Source of the DNA: Spirochaetales bacterium
GTDB taxonomy: Bacteria > Spirochaetota > Spirochaetia > JABEVK01
Reading direction: 5' to 3'
Length of the DNA stretch: 64,000 bases
Assembly: GCA_037142615.1 (NCBI GenBank)
Contig: JBAXAI010000013.1
Location: 32,758-96,757, forward strand
How positions within the stretch are numbered: the stretch's first letter is position 1; each line of letters starts with the position of its first letter. The position numbers were made by a program, and so were the translations under genes. Below, in pieces: positions 1 to 9,174 of this stretch. The notes under the pieces were generated by a model that worked only from the letters and a program-made list of their open reading frames with translations, made no database searches and was not told the DNA's origin.

Positions 1-7
1 GGGCGCT

Positions 8-847
8 ATGGATATCAGCAAGCTGGTTTCGCAAGCCAAGGTGAAAGTCTACCAGAATCAGGAACTCATCTTTGAAGAGGGCAGCCCTTCCACCGAGGGC
101 GTATGCTTTGTCCTTTCGGGGGAAGTCGGCGTGTACAAGACCATGAACGGCGAAAGCGTTTACCTCAATCCCGTTCCACCGGCGAGTTTCTTCGGCGAGA
201 TGGCACTCATGCTGGGAACACCCCGGCAGGCGACGGCCCGGGCCGAAACCAACAACACCAAGATCATCTTCCTCAACAAGGCCGTCTTTTTGGAGGAGGC
301 CAAAACCAACTTCGCCTTCTTGCGGGGTTTGGTCACCACCACCTTCATCCGGATCAAGAACTTGCAGGAAGAATTGACGCATCTGGATAGCAGTTATGAA
401 TTGACGATTCCCCCCGAACTGGAACTGGCTCAGATCGAAAACCGCGAGCTCAACCTGACGATCGTCGATTCGCTCAAGAGCTACCGAAGCGTCTTTCTGA
501 ACAAGGGTCGCACACTCTTTGCCGAAAAAGCCGCCGAAAACCACACGATCTTCTTGGTACTGGAGGGTGAGCTTGAGGCGATCAAACAGGTTGGGGGCAA
601 GCCCCGGCCTCTGTTGACGTACAAGCCGGGAGATTTCATCGGGGTTCAGGAAACCTTGGATCACGGCCCGCGCTTTACAGGCGTGTTGGTTCTGAAAGAT
701 CTCACGAAAGTGGCGGTGTTCGACGAAGAGCTGCTGTTCCGGGTGCTTCGCATCAACAACACGCTCTTCTTCTCGTTCTTCAAGTCGATCTTGATGGAAC
801 TGCTGTTGTGGCAGGAAGCTTACCTTGCGGTGCGGTCAAACCACTGA
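8..847 (+). CDS. Tandem cyclic-nucleotide-binding domain protein, no obvious HTH
   Basis: Two cNMP-like units: IFEEG...FVLSGEV...FFGEMALMLGTPRQATARA and LFAEK...FLVLEGEL...GDFIG...PR. The start is near the window edge. Confidence 0.8.
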   Translation: MDISKLVSQAKVKVYQNQELIFEEGSPSTEGVCFVLSGEVGVYKTMNGESVYLNPVPPASFFGEMALMLGTPRQATARAETNNTKIIFLNKAVFLEEAKTNFAFLRGLVTTTFIRIKNLQEELTHLDSSYELTIPPELELAQIENRELNLTIVDSLKSYRSVFLNKGRTLFAEKAAENHTIFLVLEGELEAIKQVGGKPRPLLTYKPGDFIGVQETLDHGPRFTGVLVLKDLTKVAVFDEELLFRVLRINNTLFFSFFKSILMELLLWQEAYLAVRSNH

Positions 848-1993
848 GGAGCTGGCCCGTCGGTTGTGCAGTCCCATGTGGCCCCGTTGAATGCCTTCGC
901 CGGCCAGGGCGAAAAGGGCCGCGAAGTTCTGGGCCAAGCCCAAGGCGGCCGCCACCTGACAGAGTACTGGCGACCGAGTGATGCCCAGAAGTCGCAAGTT
1001 GAGCCGGGCCCCGGGGTGCGATCCCGTTGAGCCTCCCACGGTAGCCAGAGCCAGCGGCAAGGTGATTTCTCCGACCAAAACCCCTTCGTCCACCCGATAG
1101 GTCGAAAGCCCCCGGTACACTCCCGTCCGCGCGGCCCAGCTATGGACGGCCGCCTCGAGCGCACGGGTGTCGTTTCCTGTGGCCAGCGCCAGCGCCGAGA
1201 TGCCGTTCATGATGCCCTTGTTGTGAGTGACGGCCCGCTGCGGGTCAGCCAGCGCCAGCGACGAGGCCAGCACGATGCGCCGGGCCATCTCGGCACCGGT
1301 GAAGCCCGGTTTGGTGAGCGCGGCCACCGGCAACCGGAACCGAGCGCGGGCCAACCGTTGCGAAGCGTCGTTGCTCAGGATCGCCAGGAGCTTCTTGCCC
1401 CCCAAAAGCTCTTCCAGCCGCGGGGTAAGGGCTTCGGCCAGCGTGTTGAGCAGGTTGGCCCCCAGCGCGTCGCGTACATCGACATCAAAATTGACGACAC
1501 AGGTGTTCGTTCCGGGCAGCGGCGTGAGGCCGAGGCCGCGCAGGCCACCGCCTCGTTTTTCCATGGACTCGAGGTAGCTCTTGGCCTCGGCCTCGAGGGT
1601 AGTGCGGTGAAGTTCAAGTCGCTCGGCTGCATCGCCAAAAGGCGCTTCGAGGAAGACCTGGGCCCGCATCACGGGGTCGGCAGCCTCGGCCGTGAGACCT
1701 CCAGCACGACCCAGAATCAGCGAGGCGTAGCTGGCTGCGGCGATGACAGAAGGCTCCTCGGTGGCCAGGGGCACTTCGTAGCTCACGCCGTTGACGATCA
1801 GTCCGCTCGCGACTCCCAAGGGCACGCTCATCCAGCCGACACAGTTCTCGACCAGCGTGTCGGCCACGTCGAGGCTGCCGTTCTGGCTTTCGAAAAAAGC
1901 CGTGGTCGGTGCGTCGGGGGCCAAGGCGCCAAGAAGCCATTCCCGGCGTTCAGCGAGCGTCCGTTTGCGCAACGGAGGGTAAGGGCTTTCCAC
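836..1993 (-). CDS. mvaA: Class II HMG-CoA reductase
   Basis: Motifs ENCVG, PLATEEPSVIAAAS, DALGAN, RAVTHNKGIMNGI, GNDTRA and C-terminal GIQRGHMGLH. Start reset to GTG at 1993, just after the fni stop. Confidence 0.93.
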   Translation of the reverse strand: MESPYPPLRKRTLAERREWLLGALAPDAPTTAFFESQNGSLDVADTLVENCVGWMSVPLGVASGLIVNGVSYEVPLATEEPSVIAAASYASLILGRAGGLTAEAADPVMRAQVFLEAPFGDAAERLELHRTTLEAEAKSYLESMEKRGGGLRGLGLTPLPGTNTCVVNFDVDVRDALGANLLNTLAEALTPRLEELLGGKKLLAILSNDASQRLARARFRLPVAALTKPGFTGAEMARRIVLASSLALADPQRAVTHNKGIMNGISALALATGNDTRALEAAVHSWAARTGVYRGLSTYRVDEGVLVGEITLPLALATVGGSTGSHPGARLNLRLLGITRSPVLCQVAAALGLAQNFAALFALAGEGIQRGHMGLHNRRASSSVV

Positions 1994-1994
1994 G

Positions 1995-3119
1995 TCAGTC
2001 CCGGACCTGTTGCAGCCGGTGCTCGAACTCGCTCGTGGCGTCGAGCCGGGCTTTGCGCAGGCCCGAAACGTCAGCACTCCCCGACAGCAACATCGCCGTC
2101 TTGAGCGCGCGCTCCAGTCCTGCAATCAGCGCCAGCACCGCGTCGCAGCCACCACCCGGGGGTGCGTCCTTGATGGCGCGCACGAATGGAAGGGCCATCC
2201 CCGCTGCATGGGCCCCCAGAGCGAGGGCCTTGGCCACGTCGAGCCCGTTTCGCAACCCTCCCGAGGCCAAGATCCGGCCTTGGCGGTGTTCGGAGCCTTT
2301 GCCGGAAGCCACCGCCGCGGTGAGCAGGGCGGTCGGCCAACCCCAGTCGCGGAAGCCCTCGCTACTTTGGTACCCGGCGGCATCCAGACGGTAGGCTTCG
2401 ACGGTGAGCCAGTTGGTCCCTCCGGCCCCGGCGAGGTCAACGTAGGTCGCGCCCGCAGAAAGCAGAAAATCAACTTCGTCGGGTGCGATGCCGAAGCCGG
2501 TCTCTTTGACGATGACCGGGAGGTGCGAGTGTTCGATGAAGTCAGTCAACGCTGTTTTGAGGCCCCGGAAGTTCCGGTCCCCGTCGTCCTGATAGAGTTC
2601 CTGGCCGGGATTGAGGTGCACGGCGGTGGCGTCTACCTCGAGCCGTTTGAGCCATTCGCCCAGCGTTCGGTACCCGTCGCGGGCTTTTTCTTCCACCAGT
2701 TGCTGCGCTCCCAAGTTGGCGAAAATGGGCACATCGCGAGCCAGGGGCCGCAGGTGGAAGTCGGCAAAGGCTTCTGGCTTGCGAAACAGGATGCGGATAG
2801 AGCCCATGCCTACCGGGATGCCCGCAGCTTGTGCCGCCCGTGCGAGGTCCTTGTTCACCGAGTAGCTCGAGTCTGAGCCGCCGGTCATGCTGCTGATGAA
2901 CAGGGGGAGCTTCACCGCCCTGCCAAGAAAAGAAGTCTGAGTGTTGAGTTCGCCCCAGTTGAGCTCGGGCAAAGCCCGGTGCCGGAACTGCAGGTGTTCC
3001 CACCCGGCCGAGCCACCCTCGGGCTCGTACTCGGGCTCGGTGCAAATCTCGAGGTGGCGGGTCTTGCGGTGGCTCAAGTCACCGGCCGGTTCAGACGAGT
3101 TGGTACTCACGGTAACCAT
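1995..3119 (-). CDS. fni: Type 2 (FMN) isopentenyl-diphosphate isomerase
   Basis: Motifs RKxRH, ISSMTGG, HLNPGQE, VKETGFG, GAGGTNW and ASGGLRNG. Confidence 0.95.
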   Translation of the reverse strand: MVTVSTNSSEPAGDLSHRKTRHLEICTEPEYEPEGGSAGWEHLQFRHRALPELNWGELNTQTSFLGRAVKLPLFISSMTGGSDSSYSVNKDLARAAQAAGIPVGMGSIRILFRKPEAFADFHLRPLARDVPIFANLGAQQLVEEKARDGYRTLGEWLKRLEVDATAVHLNPGQELYQDDGDRNFRGLKTALTDFIEHSHLPVIVKETGFGIAPDEVDFLLSAGATYVDLAGAGGTNWLTVEAYRLDAAGYQSSEGFRDWGWPTALLTAAVASGKGSEHRQGRILASGGLRNGLDVAKALALGAHAAGMALPFVRAIKDAPPGGGCDAVLALIAGLERALKTAMLLSGSADVSGLRKARLDATSEFEHRLQQVRD

Positions 3120-4380
3120 CGGCGCGCAGGCCTGTCAGGGCGAACTGCCCAGCCCGGGGGGGGTAGTTCGCCAGGATTTCCGGGAAGTTTTCGGGGGTTC
3201 GGTGGGTATCGATCCAAAACTGATAGGTATCCAGCCCGGGCTCCTCTTTGTTGGCCAACTGGGCGTCGAGGTTCCAGCGAGCGATCACCTGCGGGGCCTT
3301 GGCGGCGAGACGACCCGTGAACACCGTCATGGTGTTGCCCGATCCGTACGACGCGAGCAGGACCTTTTTTCCGACCAGCGACGGACCGAAGACTTTGGCC
3401 CTTTCGGCCAGGCTGGCGGCGAGGTTGAGCCACAGGCTGCCGGTGTACAGATTGCCCACTTGCGAGGTGGGGATCAGCCCCGCCGAAAAACCCCGTTCTT
3501 CGAGAAAGACGTTGGCGGCTTCGGCGTCGAGACCCAGGTGGGTGGCCAGAAGCCGTTCCATCGCCACGACCGGCATGCGGGCGTAGGGGGCATGGAGGCA
3601 GAACACATCGACGCTGCGCAGCTCTTCGGCGGGATCGACGCCTGCCCGTTGGCAGTGGTCGGCAAACGCGTCGGCCAGCGACTCGTGGTAGCAAGCCAGC
3701 GAAAAGCCGCCTTTCACCTTGGCGATGGTGCTTCCCAGCGGCCGGAAGAAGTCATCGACGTCGCGGCTCGCAAACCCGGCGGTCAAGAAGTCAAACTCCA
3801 GCAAGTCAGGGTTTTGGGTCACCCAAAGGGCGGCTGCCCCGGCACCCTGAGTCACTTCGGCCGTCGAAGGCGCCTGGTAGCGGGCCACATCGCTCATCAG
3901 CACGACGGCCGACTCGTCGGTGCGCCCGGCCACCTGCAAAAAGCTGGCTGTTGTCATCATTGCCAGGGCCCCTCCGGCGCAGGCATGTTGCACCTGGTAG
4001 CTCGAAAGGCTGATCGGGACGGGAAATCCCGAACGCTGCATCAAACCCTGAACGTAGGCCGACCCGCTCTTGGACATATCGACCGAGGTCTCGGTGCCCA
4101 ACGTCAAAAAACGCACCTTGGAAAGGTCGGGAGTGTTGGGGCGAACCAGCAGTTGGCGGAAGGCTTCGGCGGCCATGGTGATCGTGTCTTCGGTGGGCGT
4201 GGGCCAGCGCATGGCCTGTTGGCCGGTAGAAGCCACGGCGCGCAGCAGGTGCCTCTCGATCCCAGGATCTGCGGCCACCCGGGCCTGAAGCAGGGCTGAC
4301 ATCTCGAGACTGTAGCGCGGCAAATGAACCGCAATATCGTGGACCCCGACGGGAGGAAATGCAGAGGGAGAAACTGTCAT
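3091..4380 (-). CDS. mvaS: HMG-CoA synthase
   Basis: Motifs GTETSVD, HACAGG (catalytic Cys), EVTQGAGA, DFFRP, HAPY, GNLYTGS and SYGSG. Start set at ATG 4380. Confidence 0.93.
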   Translation of the reverse strand: MTVSPSAFPPVGVHDIAVHLPRYSLEMSALLQARVAADPGIERHLLRAVASTGQQAMRWPTPTEDTITMAAEAFRQLLVRPNTPDLSKVRFLTLGTETSVDMSKSGSAYVQGLMQRSGFPVPISLSSYQVQHACAGGALAMMTTASFLQVAGRTDESAVVLMSDVARYQAPSTAEVTQGAGAAALWVTQNPDLLEFDFLTAGFASRDVDDFFRPLGSTIAKVKGGFSLACYHESLADAFADHCQRAGVDPAEELRSVDVFCLHAPYARMPVVAMERLLATHLGLDAEAANVFLEERGFSAGLIPTSQVGNLYTGSLWLNLAASLAERAKVFGPSLVGKKVLLASYGSGNTMTVFTGRLAAKAPQVIARWNLDAQLANKEEPGLDTYQFWIDTHRTPENFPEILANYPPRAGQFALTGLRADGYREYQLV

Positions 4381-4464
4381 CCCGCAAGTATAGCGTTCCA
4401 AATCCCAACCGGCAAATGTCCTTTTGCGTTTCCGTGGTATATTCTGAACGATAGTTCACTACGC

Positions 4465-6171
4465 ATGAGATTTTTCTTCTTTCTCGCCGTATTTCCTGCC
4501 TTCCTCGCGTCTTGCGCCGGTCTGCCAACCGCCGATGCGCCCCTGCTGGTGCAGCTGCCGGCGTGGGCGTCGTCCGAGCCGGCCCGCGCCACGGCTGCGC
4601 TGTTGACCGAGGCCTGGGGTAAAGAGGTGGACCGTTCAGGACGCTACCGCCTGAGGGTTCCCGGTTGGTTTGAGGCCGGCTTTTCCCAGGCCCTCGTCGA
4701 GACTGGCTATGACCAAACGGCCCTGCTGCCCGGGGCGAACCTCGCCGTTCTCGCGACCGCGCTGAAGGCGACCCACGTGGGGCTGCTCGATGTGCTGGGC
4801 TCCACCGGCGTCGCACCGGCGGGAAAGGTTGTCGCCTACTACCGGGTCGTCGAGGCCGCGAGCGGCAAAGTGGTGCTTTTTGATCGCGCCGAAGTAGCGC
4901 CCGAGGAGGCTGCCGCGTGGGCAAAGCGGTTGATGAAGCTCTGGCGGGCTGGGCTTCCACCCGCGCAGGAGTCCGTGGGCATCACCACGGGTTCGCAGAC
5001 CTGGAGTTCGTGGTGGGCTTCGGCCCCCAACGATGCCGTGACCCAGGGTTGGATAGCCCGGGTGCCTCCATCCCTCCTTGCCGCCGACTTTGCCGAGTTG
5101 CACCGGCTGGCAGACCTGCTGCAGGACCGCTGGAATGACGGCGGGCAGGTTGCCAGCCCGTGGTCGAGATCCCTCCGGTCGCTGCAGGCCGAAATCAGGG
5201 CGTTGGAGCGCACCTCGGTGGCCTCGGCCGTAGCAAAAAAGTTCAACGAGGCGTTGGCCATTCCCTTTGGCGCGACGGGAGCCGAGACCCTGCTGGAGTA
5301 CCGACTGCTGGACCTGCTGCGTTCGCCCGCTGGTCTCGAGGCTTCCCGGCGGTCCGAACTGGCGGTCGCCTTTGTGGGTCGCTTTGGCGAAGCGCTGACT
5401 GCGGCCTTGGCCCGTCACGCTGTGCTGCCGGTGCCCGGCGGGACTTTTCTGCTGGGAAGCAACGACGGAAACCCTGACGAGGCTCCTGTTCACCGGGTGA
5501 CCGTGTCGCCGTTCCTTCTCGGGCGCACCGAAGTGACGCAGAATCAGTACCAAGAGGTGATGGGAACCAATCCGAGTCTGTTCGCCCAGGGCCTTGCCAC
5601 GCAACGGCCCGTCGAAAGGGTCACCTGGTACGACGCCGTGAACTTCTGCAACAAGCTTTCACTCCGCGAAGGGCTCGAGCCCGTGTACACCGTCGTTGCG
5701 GGCCAAAGTGCCCCCACCGTGACTCAGGATCACCGCAAGACCGGCTACCGCTTGCCCACCGAAGCCGAATGGGAATGGGCCGCCCGCGGAGCCGAGGCCG
5801 CTGCGGGATTCGCCTTCGCGGGTTCGGCTGTGCCCGACACCGTGGCCTGGACCGACAGCAAGACCACCACTACCTCGCCGGTGGGCCAATTGGCCCCGAA
5901 CCCGCTGGGCCTTTACGACCTGAGCGGCAACGTGTGGGAGTGGTGCTGGGACTGGTACGGCAAGTACTCCGCCGGAGCACAGGTCGATCCGTTGGGCCCC
6001 GACGCCGGGGTGCTCAAAGTGGGGCGGGGTGGAAGCTGGCGGGCCGCCGCCTGGAACTCCCGTGTTACCAGTCGCAGCTACGATGGGCCGAGTTCCAAGG
6101 GCAACATTCTGGGCTTCCGGGTTGCGAGGTCGATCGCTCCCGAACCGGTCAGTCCCCCAACAGCGAAATAA
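4465..6171 (+). CDS. Lipoprotein with C-terminal FGE-sulfatase (SUMF1) domain
   Basis: Lipobox LASC, then TEVTQ, PVERVTWYDAVNFCN, YRLPTEAEWEWAARG, GLYDLSGNVWEW, RGGSW and GFRVAR. Confidence 0.88.
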   Translation: MRFFFFLAVFPAFLASCAGLPTADAPLLVQLPAWASSEPARATAALLTEAWGKEVDRSGRYRLRVPGWFEAGFSQALVETGYDQTALLPGANLAVLATALKATHVGLLDVLGSTGVAPAGKVVAYYRVVEAASGKVVLFDRAEVAPEEAAAWAKRLMKLWRAGLPPAQESVGITTGSQTWSSWWASAPNDAVTQGWIARVPPSLLAADFAELHRLADLLQDRWNDGGQVASPWSRSLRSLQAEIRALERTSVASAVAKKFNEALAIPFGATGAETLLEYRLLDLLRSPAGLEASRRSELAVAFVGRFGEALTAALARHAVLPVPGGTFLLGSNDGNPDEAPVHRVTVSPFLLGRTEVTQNQYQEVMGTNPSLFAQGLATQRPVERVTWYDAVNFCNKLSLREGLEPVYTVVAGQSAPTVTQDHRKTGYRLPTEAEWEWAARGAEAAAGFAFAGSAVPDTVAWTDSKTTTTSPVGQLAPNPLGLYDLSGNVWEWCWDWYGKYSAGAQVDPLGPDAGVLKVGRGGSWRAAAWNSRVTSRSYDGPSSKGNILGFRVARSIAPEPVSPPTAK

Positions 6172-6805
6172 GTTGCGGCTTGCCGTCTTTCCATTCCAGC
6201 TTCCAGATCACTTCACCGGCGTCGATGCCACCGCCGAACCACAGCGTTTTGTCGGGCTTCAGGGTGAAAGCGGTGATGGAAGGGGGTTGAATAAACTCCT
6301 CTACCAGAAGAACCTGCGTCGGAGCCGCCGCCCGGGTTCCCGATCCCTCCCGGGTTCCTGACCCACCTCGGGTGACCAGCACAAAGTTGCCCTGCTCGCT
6401 GCCGCGGACAAAGGCACCGTAGGCGACCGTCTCGTCTTTGCCGTCACCGTCGAAGTCGCGGGTAAACGACGGGGCGACGAGCCCTTCGCCCCCCGCGGGT
6501 TCCAACCGGGCAAACAAGGCCTTTTCGGCAACGCTCATGAGGGCCTGGGAGTAAACGACCGCTGAATCCCACGCTTTGGCACCGGAAGCCGCCGCGATGG
6601 ACGCCACCGGCAACCCCTCGATTTCGAGCTCCTGCCGGGGAAGGTAGGGTACAGCGAACGGCGCCGTGACCGTGAGCGTCGAAGATTCGGTTCTCACGAC
6701 CTCCGTTTTGGCTGGAGCGCAGCCCGCCAGCAGACTGGCCGCGAGAGCCGCCCCGCCAACGGCCAGCCCCCACGCACCCCAAAGTCCCTTGTTCAATTGG
6801 TCCAT
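6149..6805 (-). CDS. Hypothetical lipoprotein
   Basis: Lipobox LAGC and a DFDGDGKDE Ca-binding-like loop. Overlaps the stop of the upstream M23 gene. Confidence 0.65.
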   Translation of the reverse strand: MDQLNKGLWGAWGLAVGGAALAASLLAGCAPAKTEVVRTESSTLTVTAPFAVPYLPRQELEIEGLPVASIAAASGAKAWDSAVVYSQALMSVAEKALFARLEPAGGEGLVAPSFTRDFDGDGKDETVAYGAFVRGSEQGNFVLVTRGGSGTREGSGTRAAAPTQVLLVEEFIQPPSITAFTLKPDKTLWFGGGIDAGEVIWKLEWKDGKPQLISLLGD

Positions 6806-7356
6806 TGCGCCACCACCTCGTCGGTACTCATAAACTTGCGGGCGGTAAATAACGGCTCGCTGCGGTATTGCTCATAGTGCAGGTGCGGACCTGTGTTGGT
6901 GGCCCCGTAGCCGGTCTGCCCCGGCAACAGCACCACGCCCAGCGGTTCACCGATCGAAAGTCCCGTACCGGGGGTGGCTGGTGAAAGGATGTGCAGGTAG
7001 CGCGACACCGAACCATCGGTGTTGAGCACGGTCAGGGTCATCGCCCCGGAACTGGAAGCCACCGAGCCATTCGACACCACAACGCCTTCTTTGACAACGT
7101 AGACCGGGATGGCTTTTTTGTACGAGGTGAAGTCGGTCCCCATGTGCGTGGGGCCGGTTCGCGTGGTAATGCGGGCGATGGCTCCCGGCATGGGCTCGGC
7201 GGCGTGCGAGCCGGTCATGGGGCGCTCCTGAACCACCCTCCTCAAGGGCTGCGGGCTCTCGTCACGCCAGGTTGTGGCGCACGAAGTGCTGACCAGCGCC
7301 CAGCCGAGGAGAGCAAACTGCAAGGGGAGGGCTGGTGCCAACAGGAAAGCCTTCAT
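6793..7356 (-). CDS. M23 family metallopeptidase, probable lipoprotein
   Basis: HxxxD (HMGTD), SRYLH and HxH (TGPHLHYE) zinc motifs. Signal peptide ends in TSC. Confidence 0.85.
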   Translation of the reverse strand: MKAFLLAPALPLQFALLGWALVSTSCATTWRDESPQPLRRVVQERPMTGSHAAEPMPGAIARITTRTGPTHMGTDFTSYKKAIPVYVVKEGVVVSNGSVASSSGAMTLTVLNTDGSVSRYLHILSPATPGTGLSIGEPLGVVLLPGQTGYGATNTGPHLHYEQYRSEPLFTARKFMSTDEVVAQWTN

Positions 7357-7415
7357 GCGGCGATTATCGGCCCTCGACTTCCCGAAGTCTACCAGAATTG
7401 AGTATTCTGGCCGCC

Positions 7416-8486
7416 ATGAAGACCGCTGTCCTGTTGTCGGGGGGCGTCGACAGCTCGGTAGCGCTGCGCGAACTGCAGGCTCAGGGCGGGCACGACCTGA
7501 CCGCGTACTACCTCAAGATCTGGCTCGAAGACGAGTTGGCCTATATGGGCGACTGCCCGTGGGAGGAAGACCTCGCCTACGCCCGCGCCGTGTGCGACCA
7601 AGCCGGTGTCGAGCTCAAAGTCCTGCCGCTCCAGACCGAGTACTACGAAAAAGTCGTGGAATACGCCTTGGCCGAACTCAAAGCCGGTCACACCCCCAGT
7701 CCCGATATCTTTTGCAACCAGCGGGTCAAGTTCGGCGCCTTTTACGACAAAGTGGGCGAAAGCTTCGATCTGGTCGCCAGCGGGCATTACGGCGTGGTGA
7801 AGCACGAGGGCAGCGTCGCGAAACTCTTCCGCAGTCCCGACCCGGTGAAGGATCAAAGCTATTTTCTGAGTCACCTGAGCCAGTCGCAGGTGGCCAAGAT
7901 CGCTTTTCCCATCGGTGGATATCCGAAGGCTCACGTGCGAACCTTGGCCCAGCGCTACAATTTGGCAAACAAAGACCGGAAGGACAGCCAAGGCATCTGC
8001 TTCTTGGGCAAGATCAAGTACAACGACTTTGTCAAACACTACCTGGGAGAAAGGACCGGCGCCATCATCGACCGCGAAACCGGCAAAAAGCTGGGGGAGC
8101 ACAAGGGCTTCTGGTTCCACACCATCGGGCAGCGTTCCGGGCTTGGCCTGGGCAATGGCCCTTGGTACGTGGTGGGCAAAGACGTCGATACCAATGTGGT
8201 GCTCGTCAGCCACCACGAACACCGGGGCGACCAGAACCGGCAAGACTTCGTGGCCGGCAACCTGACCTGGATTCACCGCCCGCCGCAGGCCGACGAGGCG
8301 CTCACGTGCAAGTTGCGCCACGGGCCTGAGTTGCTGCCCTGCCGGATTCAGCCCACGCCGGACGCGAACCGCTTGGCCGTGCACCTCGAAGTCGGCGATC
8401 CCGGCATCGCCCCCGGCCAATTCAGCGTGTTTTACTCGGGCGAGGAATGCCTCGGTGCGGGCATGATCTTGAGCGTGTTGGACTAG
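7416..8486 (+). CDS. mnmA: tRNA 2-thiouridine(34) synthase
   Basis: Motifs SGGVDS, PSPDIFCN, SGHY, KDQSYFL, DSQGICF, TIGQR and APGQ. Confidence 0.97.
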   Translation: MKTAVLLSGGVDSSVALRELQAQGGHDLTAYYLKIWLEDELAYMGDCPWEEDLAYARAVCDQAGVELKVLPLQTEYYEKVVEYALAELKAGHTPSPDIFCNQRVKFGAFYDKVGESFDLVASGHYGVVKHEGSVAKLFRSPDPVKDQSYFLSHLSQSQVAKIAFPIGGYPKAHVRTLAQRYNLANKDRKDSQGICFLGKIKYNDFVKHYLGERTGAIIDRETGKKLGEHKGFWFHTIGQRSGLGLGNGPWYVVGKDVDTNVVLVSHHEHRGDQNRQDFVAGNLTWIHRPPQADEALTCKLRHGPELLPCRIQPTPDANRLAVHLEVGDPGIAPGQFSVFYSGEECLGAGMILSVLD

Positions 8487-8495
8487 GAGAATCGC

Positions 8496-8729
8496 ATGGA
8501 AGTGATTTTGATCATTGCGGGTGCCACCACCCTCATCTCGTTTGGCGGCATGATTTTCGCGTACCTGACGCGTCAGCAGGAGTTGGCACCGAAGCAGGCT
8601 CCCGTGGGCGAACTGGCCCAGCGCGTCGCCGCCCTCGAGGCCAAGCTCGCTGAGCAGGACACCAAGTTGCTCCAGCTCGAAGAATCGGCCCGGTTCACGG
8701 CCAAACTGCTCGAAAAGGACCGGACATGA
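8496..8729 (+). CDS. Small protein with N-terminal TM helix and coiled coil
   Basis: AGGAG SD, hydrophobic N-terminus and heptad-like RVAALEAKLAEQ. Confidence 0.65.
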   Translation: MEVILIIAGATTLISFGGMIFAYLTRQQELAPKQAPVGELAQRVAALEAKLAEQDTKLLQLEESARFTAKLLEKDRT

Positions 8730-8792
8730 ATCGGAGGCTGCTGCGCAGCGGCGCCTGGCTCATTGTGCCGCCTACGGGCCCGACGAGTTCTG

Positions 8793-9163
8793 ATGTTCCT
8801 GCTCGATACTTGCGTGTTCTCAGAATTTGCCAGGAAAGCACCTGACCAGCAGGTCGTCCAGGGGGCGAGGACAATCCCGGAGGCGGACATTTTCCTTTCG
8901 AGTTTGGTTCTGGGGGAGCTGCTTCGCGGCATTGTTCGAATGCCTGAGGGTTGCGCAAGAGTGAGCTTCGCCATCACCAGCGACTGATCAGCATCGACGT
9001 CTCTGTCGTCCGCGCTTGGGCCTAGATGACGGCCTTCGCCGAGTCCCTCCTAGCCGCCAGCGCCGCAGCGCACGACCTGGTGCTGGTGACGAGGAACGTG
9101 GCGGACTTTGCCCATCTGGGAGTTGAGTGCCTGAATCCTTGGGTTTCCGGCACCAAGCTGTGA
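8793..9163 (+). pseudogene. vapC: PIN-domain (VapC-like) toxin pseudogene
   Basis: The N-part MFLLDTCVFSE...LSSLVLGEL stops at 8987. The C-part lies in another frame: IDVSVVRAWA-TAG(9023-9025)-...LLAASAAAHDLVLVTRNVADF...LNPW. Confidence 0.85.
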
Positions 9164-9174
9164 TAAGGTAACCC

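Noticed and set aside
5400-6171. FGE-sulfatase C-terminus as a diversity-generating retroelement target
   Set aside because: I saw no reverse transcriptase, no Avd and no second copy of the 3' region in the window.
6331-6362. Short direct repeat CCCGGGTTCC encoding GSGTREGSGTR
   Set aside because: It is a single small in-frame duplication with no sign of function.
8496-8729. Small ORF as the antitoxin of the vapC relic
   Set aside because: It looks like a TM plus coiled-coil protein, with no Phd, AbrB or RHH features.
9023-9025. In-frame TAG as stop-codon recoding
   Set aside because: The same gene is also frameshifted, and TAG is a normal stop elsewhere in the window (for example mnmA and marC).
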